Positions 52,188 to 61,297 of a DNA stretch of 64,000 nt are shown here, piece after piece; position 1 is the first letter of the stretch; every line of letters begins with the position of its first letter. The stretch comes from Thermoplasmata archaeon (GTDB taxonomy: Archaea > Thermoplasmatota > Thermoplasmata > Lutacidiplasmatales > UBA184): the NCBI GenBank assembly GCA_035297105.1, contig DATGZO010000007.1, positions 18,593 through 82,592 of the forward strand. The letters are read 5' to 3'. Position numbers and translations under genes: made by a program. The notes beneath the pieces were generated by a model, which saw only the letters and a program-made list of their open reading frames with translations, searched no databases and was not told the DNA's origin.

Positions 52188-53540
52188 ATGGTCCGCCCAC
52201 GGCCCTCCGACGAGGACGAGGAGCCGGACGACGTGGACGACCCGGACGAGGACGAAGAGCCGTCCCCCTCCCGGTCGCGACGAAGTCCCCGCCGCCGGCA
52301 TTCGCGCGGCCGACCGGCCCCCGTGCGACGGTGGTCGGGAGGTTCCCGGTCCGAGAAGGACGATGGGGACGACGATCCCGAGGGCGAGGAACGACGTTCC
52401 CGATGGCGTCGTGACCGGACGCCGGTCTTCTGGCGGGCCCGGGACTCCCTCTACTTCGGCCCGCTGGTGGCGCTAGCGATCGTGATCATCCTGATCTCGT
52501 CGCTCTACGCCTTCACCCAGAACTGGCCGCCGGTCTACGTCGTTGAGTCCGGTAGCATGCAGCACGGAACGAACGACGTCGTCGGGCTGATCAACGCCGG
52601 CGACCTCGTGCTGGCCCAGAAGATACCCACCCAGAACATCCAGACCTACTTCGACGGGTTCCATTCCGGGTACTCGACCTACGGTGAGTACGGCGACGTC
52701 ATCCTCTACTGGCCGAACGGGGGGAGCAGTACTCCCATCATCCATCGGGCGATCCTGTACCTCCAGTACGACCCTCAAACGAACGGGTACAACCTCTCGA
52801 GTCTCACGGGCCTCCCCTGCGGGAGCGAAGCGGGGTCGGTCTTCTCGGTCACCGGACTCAACCCCTGCACCACGACGAGCGTGACCGGGACCTTGAGCCT
52901 CTACCACGTCGGGTGGATGAACGGGAACGTGACCATCCCGCTCACCGCGAGCGTGATCGGGGCCCACTCCGGCTTCCTCACCATGGGCGACAACAACACC
53001 CTGTGCGGTGGCCCCGGTTGCCCGCTGCTTCCCGACCAGGGAAACAATGCGTGGCTCAGCCAGCTGGTCGAGCCGGGTTGGGTCATTGGCGCCGCCCGGG
53101 GGATGTTGCCGTGGTTCGGCGCCTTCAAGTTGGCGCTCGAGGGACGTGGCGCGGCCGTACCGGCTCAGTCGTGGGAATTCCTCGGACTGACGATCGCCGG
53201 CTTGATCTTGCTCGCGCTCGGGATCCATTTCGCCCTGCGAGCCGAGGGGATCGAGGATCCGCGACGGGTGGAGCAGGAGGAGGAGGACGAGGAAGAGGAA
53301 GCCGAGGCGGGTCCCCCCGAGGGGGAGTCGCGAGGGCGTCGGATCCTCCGTTCCCTGCGCCCCTGGCGCTCCGTAGATGAAGAGGACGAAACGGACACCG
53401 ACGAACCGCCGCGCGGCCATCGGTCTCCCCCCCACAGCCCGCCGAGCCCCCGTCACGGCCGTCCGCGGCCACATGTTCGCCGCGGCGCCAAGCCGAAGGC
53501 GAGGAAGCCGGCCTCGGGCGACGAGGACGAGGACCTCTAG
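52188..53540 (+). CDS. Archaeal signal peptidase I (Sec11/S26B type) with long charged low-complexity N- and C-terminal extensions
   Basis: TM helix LVALAIVIILISSLYAF, then the catalytic-Ser box VVESGSMQH. PIIHRAI holds the catalytic His region, and a second TM helix lies near the C-terminus. I chose ATG 52188 within the listed ORF 51969..53540. Confidence 0.8.
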   Translation: MVRPRPSDEDEEPDDVDDPDEDEEPSPSRSRRSPRRRHSRGRPAPVRRWSGGSRSEKDDGDDDPEGEERRSRWRRDRTPVFWRARDSLYFGPLVALAIVIILISSLYAFTQNWPPVYVVESGSMQHGTNDVVGLINAGDLVLAQKIPTQNIQTYFDGFHSGYSTYGEYGDVILYWPNGGSSTPIIHRAILYLQYDPQTNGYNLSSLTGLPCGSEAGSVFSVTGLNPCTTTSVTGTLSLYHVGWMNGNVTIPLTASVIGAHSGFLTMGDNNTLCGGPGCPLLPDQGNNAWLSQLVEPGWVIGAARGMLPWFGAFKLALEGRGAAVPAQSWEFLGLTIAGLILLALGIHFALRAEGIEDPRRVEQEEEDEEEEAEAGPPEGESRGRRILRSLRPWRSVDEEDETDTDEPPRGHRSPPHSPPSPRHGRPRPHVRRGAKPKARKPASGDEDEDL

Positions 53541-53599
53541 GGACCGTCCGCGCAAGCCTTTAGAGCCGGGCGGGGTCCCGCGGACGAGGTTGGTCCACG

Positions 53600-54478
53600 A
53601 TGCACGTTATCGGAGGTACGGCCTCGACCGCTCTCGCCGAACGGATCTCGCGGGAACTCTCCAACGCTCCGTTTGGGATCCCGTTCACGAAGCGGTTCCC
53701 CGATGGCGAGATGTATGTCCGGGTCGGGGGCCGGCTCGAGGGGGAGGACGTCGTCATCGTGCAATCCACGCGGACCGACGCGGACCTGCTCGAACTGATC
53801 CTCCTCGAGGACGCCGTGCGTGAAGCCGGGGCCGCCCACGTGTTCGTGGTGGTGCCGTACTTCGGCTACGCCCGCCAGGACCGCAAGTTCTTCCCGGGAG
53901 AGCCGGTCAGCGCGCGTACCTTGTGCCGCCACGTGGAGCTCGACGCGGACGCGGTCGTCACTGTCGACCTCCACTCCCCGCAGACCTTGGCGCAGTTCAC
54001 CAAGCCCGCCTACGAGGCGAGCGGGATCCCCGCGATCGCCCGTCTCCTGCATGAGCTCCCGCTCGACGTGCTGGTCTCGCCCGACAAGGGCGGGGTCGAA
54101 CGCGTGCGTCGGATGGCGGCGCTGCTCGAGAAGCCGTGGTTCGCCCTCGACAAGAAGCGGATCGACAGCGAACACGTGGAGCTGAAGATCCCGGCCGATC
54201 TGCCGGTCGCGCTCGAGGGGAAGCACGTCGTCCTGGTGGACGACGTGATCACGACGGGGGGGACGATCGTGGAAGCGGCCAAGCTGCTGAAGAAGAACCG
54301 CGCCGGCGCGATCAGCGCCGCGTGCACGCACGGCCTCTTCCTCCGCGACGCGTTCGAGCGCATCAAGGCCGTCACGGACGAGGTCTACTCGACCGACACC
54401 CTCGGCAACCCCGCCGAGAAGGCGTCGGTGGCGCCCGACATCGCCGACATCCTGCGCGCCCACCTCCCTTCGGGCTAA
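53600..54478 (+). CDS. prs: Ribose-phosphate pyrophosphokinase
   Basis: FPDGEMYVRV, PYFGYARQDRKF and the PRPP-binding loop VVLVDDVITTGGT. Confidence 0.92.
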   Translation: MHVIGGTASTALAERISRELSNAPFGIPFTKRFPDGEMYVRVGGRLEGEDVVIVQSTRTDADLLELILLEDAVREAGAAHVFVVVPYFGYARQDRKFFPGEPVSARTLCRHVELDADAVVTVDLHSPQTLAQFTKPAYEASGIPAIARLLHELPLDVLVSPDKGGVERVRRMAALLEKPWFALDKKRIDSEHVELKIPADLPVALEGKHVVLVDDVITTGGTIVEAAKLLKKNRAGAISAACTHGLFLRDAFERIKAVTDEVYSTDTLGNPAEKASVAPDIADILRAHLPSG

Positions 54479-54491
54479 CCGGGAGGCCGCG

Positions 54492-55460
54492 GTGGACGCT
54501 CCGCGCCCGGCGACCTCGGCCTCCTCGGACGACCTCCTCGAGCTGTTCCAGGCCATTCGACGGGAACTGAAACTGAGGGAAGAGGTCCCCTCGGGGGAGT
54601 GGGTCGAACGGTCGGCGCAAGAGGCCCGTGCCGGGACGCGCCCCGCGTGGTACTACCCGCCGGTGGAGGACGGTGGGGGTCTCGCGGTATACACCCGTCG
54701 GGAGTCAAAGGCGTGGGCCCACGTCCATTCCTCGGCCGGCCCCGCCGCGGAGGAGCGGGCCGGGCGCCTCGCCGCCGTCCTCCTCGAGTCGCTCCCCGCC
54801 GAAGTGCGGTCGGTCGCCCTCGGCTTCACCGGGTTCGACCTCGAGCAGGAGCGACGCGTGGCCCACGCCCTCGCCGACCGGTTCGGCGCGCAGGTCATCG
54901 AACGACACCAGATGGAGCGCCGCCTTCGTCCCGAGCCGCCCGTCGACGTCCCTGCGGCCCCTTCGGGGGTGCGCCTCATCCCGGTCCGAGACGCTACCCT
55001 CGAAGCGATCGCGGACCTCGACGCCCGGTCGTTCCAAGGAACGCTCGATGACCTCGTGGTCGGCGGGTCCCTCGCCCACTACTTGGACATGATGCGGGGG
55101 CTGCTCGACAGCCAGATGGGACGCTTCCTGGACGAGGCTTCGACCCTGCTCCTCCTGCCCCAGCCACTCCGGATCGTCGGCGGGATCCTCTGCGCGGAGA
55201 CCTCGCCCCGCGAAGCGGTGATCCAGGACCTCATGATCGAGCCCGAACGGCGAGGGCATGGCGAAGGTCGCTTCCTTCTCCGATGGGGATTGCGGGCCCT
55301 CCACGCCTTGGGATACTCGACCGCCACGCTCTGGGTCACCGAGGCGAACCGGACCGCGCTCCGCCTCTACGAGACCGAGGGATTCTTGCGGACGGCGTCC
55401 ACGGTCATCTTCCACTGGGGCCGCCCCGAAGGGGTTCCGCAGCCGCAGACATCCCGATAG
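54492..55460 (+). CDS. Two-domain GNAT-family acetyltransferase
   Basis: GTG start preceded by GGGAGG. The C-terminal domain has the acetyl-CoA motif ERRGHGEGRFLLRWGL and RLYETEGF. The N-terminal ~150 aa may be a degenerate GNAT fold. Confidence 0.7.
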   Translation: MDAPRPATSASSDDLLELFQAIRRELKLREEVPSGEWVERSAQEARAGTRPAWYYPPVEDGGGLAVYTRRESKAWAHVHSSAGPAAEERAGRLAAVLLESLPAEVRSVALGFTGFDLEQERRVAHALADRFGAQVIERHQMERRLRPEPPVDVPAAPSGVRLIPVRDATLEAIADLDARSFQGTLDDLVVGGSLAHYLDMMRGLLDSQMGRFLDEASTLLLLPQPLRIVGGILCAETSPREAVIQDLMIEPERRGHGEGRFLLRWGLRALHALGYSTATLWVTEANRTALRLYETEGFLRTASTVIFHWGRPEGVPQPQTSR

Positions 55461-56788
55461 TCGCATCCCGGATACATCCATCCCGGGCAAGCCGGGAGGG
55501 GCGTGGGGTCGTGGGTCTCAAGCGCTCCCCCGAGGAGTTCCGAGCGGAACCGCCAGAGACGGGAGAACAGCGTCGGGGAATCGAAGGTCAGCTCCAGGAC
55601 CTGGACCCGGTCCGGATCCCCGAGCGCGAGCTCGTACCCGAGGATGATCCGGCCTCGCCGTGTCCCGGTCGCGACGCACCGGAACCCCAGGTCAAGGGCG
55701 TACTGTGGCGAGCGAGCGAGCCAATCCTGGCCGGGGACACGCGCCTTCGCCCGCGACGTGCGCACCAGGTACGGTTCCCCACGGAATCCCCCGACCTCCT
55801 CGTCCGGTTCCTCGGAGCGGGTCGGCAACCGAGCGACCTCCCCGACGGGCCCCGCTTCCACGGCCTCGGTCAGGCGTCGGTAGAGGTCGAATTCGGTCGA
55901 CCGCGCGACCGGAACCGGTGGGTTCGTCGGACCGGGGAGTGCCCGACGGAAGAAGGCCCGCCGCGGGTAGAGGAGATCGCGGAAGAGGTCGATGACGGGA
56001 GGGTTCGGCACGACGGGGAGCGCCCCGAGCGCTTCCTCGAGCGGCCGAGCCAGATCCGCCCGGGGCTCGAGCGAGGCCACGTGGTCGAACGAGAGGGGAT
56101 CGGCCGGGGCCTCGGCACCGGTGCAATCACACGTACCCGCAGTCTGCCATTCGCAACCTCGGCCGAACCAGGCGCAACGCGGGAGGGGCGCCGGCCGACG
56201 TTCCCGGATCGCGGTTCGGAGGCGTTCGGCGCGGGCGACCATTTCCCCTTGGAGGTCGGAGAGCGAGCGGAACCGGACGTCGTACACGGCGGCCCGGTCC
56301 GCCCGCTCGCTCTCCGAGTGCAGGTAGATGAGCCGTCCTTCGTCGCGGTCGAGCAGTCCGCAATACATCGCGAGCTGATCCAAGTGGTCCGGACGGGAAC
56401 GGGCGAGGTCGTCCGACGGGAGCGGCGAGCTGCTCGTCTTCACCTCGATGGGACGGTCGGCGAGAACGTCGATCCGACCGTGCACCCCCTCCCGTCGGAC
56501 CCGCACTTCGAGTTCTCCCGTCGCGGCGAAGAGGACCCCGAGCTCGCGATGCACCCGGCGTCCGCTCTCCAGTCGGGCCTCTCGTTCCGGCGAGGAGGGA
56601 GGGGGCGGGGCGGTCGCCCGCCAGAACGCGGGCCGCAGACCCAACAGGTCGGTCACGCTCACCGAGCGGGGCGCGTCCGCGGGCGGAAGGTGCGAAGCGA
56701 ACCACCGCGCGAGTTCTGGATCTTCGCGAACCGTGACGCTGTTCCGCCACTCGGGTTCCGTTACGGGTTCCGGGTCGGGAGGCACCAC
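55367..56788 (-). CDS. Tandem PD-(D/E)XK (Cas4/RecB-like) nuclease-domain protein with two C-terminal-type Cys clusters
   Basis: First module: GRIDVL (D), IEVKTS (ExK), DQLAMY (QxxxY) and CAWFGRGCEWQTAGTCDC. Second module, parallel but degenerate: EPYLVRTS, SPQYALDL and CPGWMYPGCDYRDVCGC. The GTG start at 56788 has a TATA-like box about 21-27 nt upstream. Confidence 0.7.
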   Translation of the reverse strand: MVPPDPEPVTEPEWRNSVTVREDPELARWFASHLPPADAPRSVSVTDLLGLRPAFWRATAPPPPSSPEREARLESGRRVHRELGVLFAATGELEVRVRREGVHGRIDVLADRPIEVKTSSSPLPSDDLARSRPDHLDQLAMYCGLLDRDEGRLIYLHSESERADRAAVYDVRFRSLSDLQGEMVARAERLRTAIRERRPAPLPRCAWFGRGCEWQTAGTCDCTGAEAPADPLSFDHVASLEPRADLARPLEEALGALPVVPNPPVIDLFRDLLYPRRAFFRRALPGPTNPPVPVARSTEFDLYRRLTEAVEAGPVGEVARLPTRSEEPDEEVGGFRGEPYLVRTSRAKARVPGQDWLARSPQYALDLGFRCVATGTRRGRIILGYELALGDPDRVQVLELTFDSPTLFSRLWRFRSELLGGALETHDPTPLPACPGWMYPGCDYRDVCGCGTPSGRPQWKMTVDAVRKNPSVS

Positions 56789-56808
56789 GCCTAAGGGAGC
56801 CCCACCGA

Positions 56809-56847
56809 GTATAGGAGGATGGGCGCCTCTCCAGAAGCCGCTATACT
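56809..56847. promoter_or_regulatory. Mirror-image pair of TATA-like boxes (AGTATAG ... CTATACT) in a divergent promoter
   Basis: AGTATAG (56809-15) and its exact reverse complement CTATACT (56841-47). Each lies 21-28 nt upstream of a divergent GTG start, the nuclease at 56788 and nadB at 56869. Confidence 0.45.
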
Positions 56848-56868
56848 GCCCGCCCCGGTCCGGGGTTC

Positions 56869-58482
56869 GTGACCGACGCCGCCCGCCGACCCCTCATCAT
56901 CGGAAGCGGGATCGCGGGACTGTACGTGGCCCTGCGGGGCCGGGAATTGGGTCTGCGCCCGACCCTGGTGACGAAGGGCCGACTCGAGGAGTCCAATACG
57001 CGCTACGCCCAGGGAGGGATCGCCGCTGCGATCGGTCCGGACGACTCCCCGGCCCTCCACCTCGCGGACACGGTCCGTGCGGGCGACGGGCTGGTCGACG
57101 TGGCCGCCGCCCGAGTCCTGACCTTCGAGGGGCCCGCCCGGATCGCCGACCTCGTGCGGTACGGGGTGCCGTTCGACACCGTCGAGGGCCAGATCGCCCT
57201 GGGGCGGGAGGCCGCGCACCGGCGCGCCCGGATCCTCCACGCCGGAGGGGACAGTACCGGTTACTCGATCGAAGAGGCGCTCAAGCACCGCGTCCAGGAG
57301 GCCGGTGTCGAGGCGCGGGAGCAAACGATCCTGCGGGCCCTTCTTCCGGGAAACCGGGACGGCCCGGTCGCCGTCCTCTCCGATGCGGAGGGGCGGGGGG
57401 TCGAGTACCTGACGCCGGGCCCGGTCGTGCTCGCGACGGGAGGAGCGGGCAGTCTGTATCGGCAGAGCTCGAACCCCTCCGTGGCGACAGGGGAAGGGGT
57501 CGCGATCGCGTTCCGGGCGGGCGCGCTGCTGACGGACATGGAGTTCATCCAGTTCCACCCGACGGTCTTCTGGAAGACCGGGGCGCCCCGATTCCTCATC
57601 ACCGAGGCGATGCGGGGGGAGGGGGCGATCCTCCGTACGGACACCGGGGTCCGTTTCATGCCGTCGTACCACCGGGACGCGGAGCTCGCGCCGCGTGACG
57701 TGGTCGCCCGCGCCATCGACCGGGAGATCCATCGCTCGGGTCACGGGTGCGTCTACCTCGATGCGACCGCGCTGCCTCGCGATCGGCTCGTCACCCGATT
57801 CCCCTCCATCACCCGGTTCCTGGCGTCGTACGGCCTCGACATTTCCCGCGATCGCATCCCGGTCGCGCCGGCGGCCCACTTCATGATCGGCGGTGTGACG
57901 ACCGACACGGACGGGCGGACGACCCTCGAGGGTCTCTACGCGTGCGGGGAGGTCGCGTCGACGGGGGTGCACGGGGCGAATCGTCTCGGGAGCAACTCGC
58001 TGCTCGAGGGACTGGTGTTCGGGGAGCGGGTCGCGCGTCAGCTCCTCCACCCCGTTGCCGGAGGACCCTCCCGACCAGCCGAGACGCTGGAGGTGTCTCT
58101 CCCGGTGCGGGCCGGGCGACCGGACGGGGAGGCCGCTCTCGAAGTGATCCGGGACACCCTGTGGGACGAGGTCGGGATCGTGCGCTACGCTCCGGGTCTC
58201 CGCAACGCGCTCGCCACCTTCGAACGCATCCTGGCCGCCGACGAGCCGGCGGGCCGGGACGGGATCCCCGGACCGCTCGCCAACGCCGCCCTGACCGGCT
58301 CCTTCATCGCCCGCGCGGCGCTCGAGCGGACCGAGAGTCGGGGGGCTCATTTCCGGTCGGACCGGCCGAAGAAGCAAGCCGCCTGGGAGCGCCATCTCGG
58401 GTTGGTCCTCGCGCGTCCCCGTACTTCGACCAGCCGAGGCCGGGCGACAAGGGTTATGCGCCGCAAGTCGTCGCCGTCCTGA
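56869..58482 (+). CDS. nadB: L-aspartate oxidase
   Basis: FAD motif [10 protein letters not shown], then YAQGGIAAA, the FIQFHPT region and the C-terminal [10 protein letters not shown]. Confidence 0.9.
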   Translation: MTDAARRPLIIGSGIAGLYVALRGRELGLRPTLVTKGRLEESNTRYAQGGIAAAIGPDDSPALHLADTVRAGDGLVDVAAARVLTFEGPARIADLVRYGVPFDTVEGQIALGREAAHRRARILHAGGDSTGYSIEEALKHRVQEAGVEAREQTILRALLPGNRDGPVAVLSDAEGRGVEYLTPGPVVLATGGAGSLYRQSSNPSVATGEGVAIAFRAGALLTDMEFIQFHPTVFWKTGAPRFLITEAMRGEGAILRTDTGVRFMPSYHRDAELAPRDVVARAIDREIHRSGHGCVYLDATALPRDRLVTRFPSITRFLASYGLDISRDRIPVAPAAHFMIGGVTTDTDGRTTLEGLYACGEVASTGVHGANRLGSNSLLEGLVFGERVARQLLHPVAGGPSRPAETLEVSLPVRAGRPDGEAALEVIRDTLWDEVGIVRYAPGLRNALATFERILAADEPAGRDGIPGPLANAALTGSFIARAALERTESRGAHFRSDRPKKQAAWERHLGLVLARPRTSTSRGRATRVMRRKSSPS

Positions 58483-59672
58483 TGGACCTCTCCCTCTCAG
58501 AGGAGGACCGGGAGCTCCGGGACGCCGCCCGTCGCTTTACCCGGAAGGAGATCGCGCCCGTCGCGGACCGGATGGACCGGGAGGATCACTTCCCCCGGGA
58601 CGTCTTCCGCCGGTTGGGGGAGCAAGGGTTCCTCGGCATCACGCTGCCCACGGAATACGGCGGTCTCGGCCTCTCGTATCTCGCCCAGGCGATCCTCCTC
58701 GAGGAGATCGCCCGCGCCAGCCCCGCGCTTGCGCTCAGCGTCGGCGCCCATTCGAACCTGTTCGCCGATAATTTGGCCCGCAACGGGACCGAGGAGCAGA
58801 AGAGGGCCGCCCTACCCGCCATCGCGCGAGGCGACGCGGTGGGAGCGCTCGCGCTCACCGAACCGGGCTCGGGATCGGACGCGGTGAGCCTCCGGACCCG
58901 GGCCGAGCGGCACGGGGACCACTTCATCCTGAACGGGTCGAAGCAGTTCATCACCAACGGTCCCGTCGCGGACTGGCTCCTCGTCTATGCGAAGACCGCG
59001 CCCGCGCGGGGCGCGCGCGGGATCAGCGTCTTCCTGGTCGCCCGCGACACCCCCGGGTTCTCGGTGGCCAAGAGCCTGGACAAGATGGGCATGCGGGGGT
59101 CTCCCACAGGCGAGCTCTCTTTCCAGGATTGCCGGGTGCCGGCGGACCGGTTGGTCGGCACCGAGAACGAGGGCGTCGCGGTGATGATGAGCGGACTCAA
59201 CGTCGAGCGTGCGGTCCTCGGCGGCATCCCGGTCGGGATCCTCGCGGAGTGCCTCGACCGCTCCCTCGAGTACGCGAGGACGCGGGAACAGTTCGGCCAG
59301 AAGATCGGCCAGTTCGAGTTGATCCAGGCGAAGCTGGCGGACATGTACGCGGACCTCGAGGCGGCGCGCTGGCTCGTCTACGCGGCCCTCGATTCAGTCG
59401 CCCACGACCGCCGGAGCTTGCGGGCGAGCGCGGCCGCCCTCACCTTCGCTTCGGAGGCGTCCACCCGACACGCCCTCGCCGCGATCCAGATCCACGGCGG
59501 GTATGGCTACATGCGGGACCTGCCGCTCGAACGGTTGATGCGCGACGCGAAGCTGCTCGAGATCGGCGCCGGCACGAGCGAGATCCGTCGGCTCATCGTC
59601 GGCCGAGAACTTCTCGGCCAGGGCTTCGAGGACCGCCCGGTCGCCGGCGGCTCCTCGACCGAACGTATATAG
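58482..59672 (+). CDS. Acyl-CoA dehydrogenase (isovaleryl/short-branched-chain type)
   Basis: [21 protein letters not shown], and QIHGGYGY together with EIGAGTSEI near the C-terminus. ATG 58482 overlaps the nadB stop by 1 nt (TGATG) and lies in frame inside the listed ORF 57747..59672. Confidence 0.9.
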   Translation: MDLSLSEEDRELRDAARRFTRKEIAPVADRMDREDHFPRDVFRRLGEQGFLGITLPTEYGGLGLSYLAQAILLEEIARASPALALSVGAHSNLFADNLARNGTEEQKRAALPAIARGDAVGALALTEPGSGSDAVSLRTRAERHGDHFILNGSKQFITNGPVADWLLVYAKTAPARGARGISVFLVARDTPGFSVAKSLDKMGMRGSPTGELSFQDCRVPADRLVGTENEGVAVMMSGLNVERAVLGGIPVGILAECLDRSLEYARTREQFGQKIGQFELIQAKLADMYADLEAARWLVYAALDSVAHDRRSLRASAAALTFASEASTRHALAAIQIHGGYGYMRDLPLERLMRDAKLLEIGAGTSEIRRLIVGRELLGQGFEDRPVAGGSSTERI

Positions 59673-59674
59673 AC
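59664..59674 (+). promoter_or_regulatory. TATA box (CGTATATAGAC) overlapping the acyl-CoA dehydrogenase stop codon
   Basis: Lies 24-31 nt upstream of ATG 59696, implying a leaderless transcript for the coiled-coil protein gene. Confidence 0.45.
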
Positions 59675-59695
59675 GCCGGAGACAAGTCTCGGAAT

Positions 59696-60424
59696 ATGGC
59701 AGGGCGACCCACGACCGGCTCGGGTCCCTCCTCGACCGCGCTCCGCCTGGAAGTCCTCAAGGAGCTCCAGTCCATCCTCGATGACCGAGAGGTTCGGGAT
59801 CGGCTCGACCGAGGTCCGATCGCGGAGACCAAGGGTCGGGAACACTGGGTCCTCCACCTGCTGCTCCGTGCCCAGGAGTCGACCAGCTCGCACTTCGACC
59901 TGATCATCCAGACCGTCTACTCCAACCTGACCGCCCGGCTGACGACGATGGACGACCGCCTCCAGCACTTGGAGGGGATGGGGCAAGGCCTCGGGGACGA
60001 GGTCAAGACCCGGCTGGAGGGGGTGGAAGGGGCCGTCGCGGAGCGGGTGTCGAAGGAGGTCCAGACGGGGATCGACTCGGCGGCGCAACGCATCTCGGCC
60101 TCCCTCGGCACGAACCTCGATACGAAATGGAAGCCGATCGGCGACTCCGTCGAGTCGTTCGCGCAAGGCTCGAGCCAGCTCACGAAGGACCTCGCCGACA
60201 CCTTCCGTGTCGCGACCCAGAACCGGCTGCTCCTCAACGAGAACGCGCGTCGGATCATCGACCTCGGCCGGGACATCGTCGCGCTCGAGGAGAGCCTCAA
60301 GCTCGCGGTCTCGAAAGTGTTGGAAGAGGGACTGCAGCCGCTGGAGCAGCGGATCTCGGCCCTCGAGACCCGTCTCGCCAGCGGGGAAGTCACCGACCCT
60401 TCGAACGGACCCAGCAGCGGGTAG
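59696..60424 (+). CDS. Hypothetical coiled-coil protein
   Basis: 242 aa, Leu/Glu/Arg/Gln-rich with heptad-like stretches (LEGMGQGLGDEVKTRLEGVEGAVAERVSKEV..., LEESLKLAVSKVLEEGLQPLEQRISALETRL). In frame inside the listed ORF 59129..60424. Confidence 0.6.
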   Translation: MAGRPTTGSGPSSTALRLEVLKELQSILDDREVRDRLDRGPIAETKGREHWVLHLLLRAQESTSSHFDLIIQTVYSNLTARLTTMDDRLQHLEGMGQGLGDEVKTRLEGVEGAVAERVSKEVQTGIDSAAQRISASLGTNLDTKWKPIGDSVESFAQGSSQLTKDLADTFRVATQNRLLLNENARRIIDLGRDIVALEESLKLAVSKVLEEGLQPLEQRISALETRLASGEVTDPSNGPSSG

Positions 60425-60436
60425 GTCCCGTCCCCC

Positions 60437-61297
60437 ATGCGCCTCTCCCCACGGCACCCGCGGTACGGGAGCCTCAAGGTGCGAGCGGCGCTCGCGGAGG
60501 CGAGCCGGACGGGGCTCGTCGTGCCCGAGGGTCTGATCGCCCACGGTCGCGGGGAAGCGTTCGACTACCTGATGGGCGAGCGAACCTCTCCGAGCGCGCG
60601 CCGCGCGGAGCGCCTCGCCGCCGCCTGGTTGCGCGCCGCCGAACGCCCCGTGGTGAGCGTCAATGGCAACGTCGCGGCCCTCGCGGCCCGCGGTATCGCC
60701 CGGCTGGCCCGGGCCCGACCCGGGCTGGGGGTCGAGGTGAACCTGTTCCACCGGTCCCCGGCCCGGGTCCGGGCCGTGAGCCGCGCCCTGCGGGCCGCCG
60801 GCGTGCACCCCCTCCTCGGGACCCGGCCCACCGCGACGATCCCGCACCTTCCCTCGGACCGCGCGCTCGTCGACCGGAACGGGATCTACGCGGCGGACGT
60901 CTGTCTCGTGCCGCTCGAGGACGGGGACCGCACGGAGGCGCTGCGCGCCCTCGGAAAGCGGGTCATCTCGATCGACCTGAACCCCTTCTCCCGGACGAGC
61001 CAGGAGGCCGACCTCCCGATCGTGGACGAGCTCACCCGCGCCCTCGCCCATCTCGCGGAGGACCTGGAAGCGAACCGCTCGCCCCTCGGTTCGGGGCGCT
61101 TCGCACGATCCGACCGGCGGACGACCCTCGGGGAAGCTCTCCGGACGGTGGGTCGCGGCCTCAAACGGGCGGCGGCGGCTCGGTCGCGGCCGTCCGCACG
61201 GCGGGCACGAGCTTCGCCGCCACCCGCTCGAGGAAGCCGCGGTCGCTCGCGTCGAACGCCCGCACCGCGTTCCCGTCGACGTCGATCTCGCCGATGA
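60437..61297 (+). CDS. Archaeal 4-phosphopantoate--beta-alanine ligase (phosphopantothenate synthetase, PPS)
   Basis: HPRYGSLKVR...GLIAHGRGEAFDYLMGERT...VVSVNGNVAAL...VPLEDGDRTEAL...ISIDLNPFSRTS aligns with my recollection of T. kodakarensis TK1686. The last ~40 aa are an Arg-rich tail encoded antisense to the GAF gene. Confidence 0.8.
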   Translation: MRLSPRHPRYGSLKVRAALAEASRTGLVVPEGLIAHGRGEAFDYLMGERTSPSARRAERLAAAWLRAAERPVVSVNGNVAALAARGIARLARARPGLGVEVNLFHRSPARVRAVSRALRAAGVHPLLGTRPTATIPHLPSDRALVDRNGIYAADVCLVPLEDGDRTEALRALGKRVISIDLNPFSRTSQEADLPIVDELTRALAHLAEDLEANRSPLGSGRFARSDRRTTLGEALRTVGRGLKRAAAARSRPSARRARASPPPARGSRGRSRRTPAPRSRRRRSRR

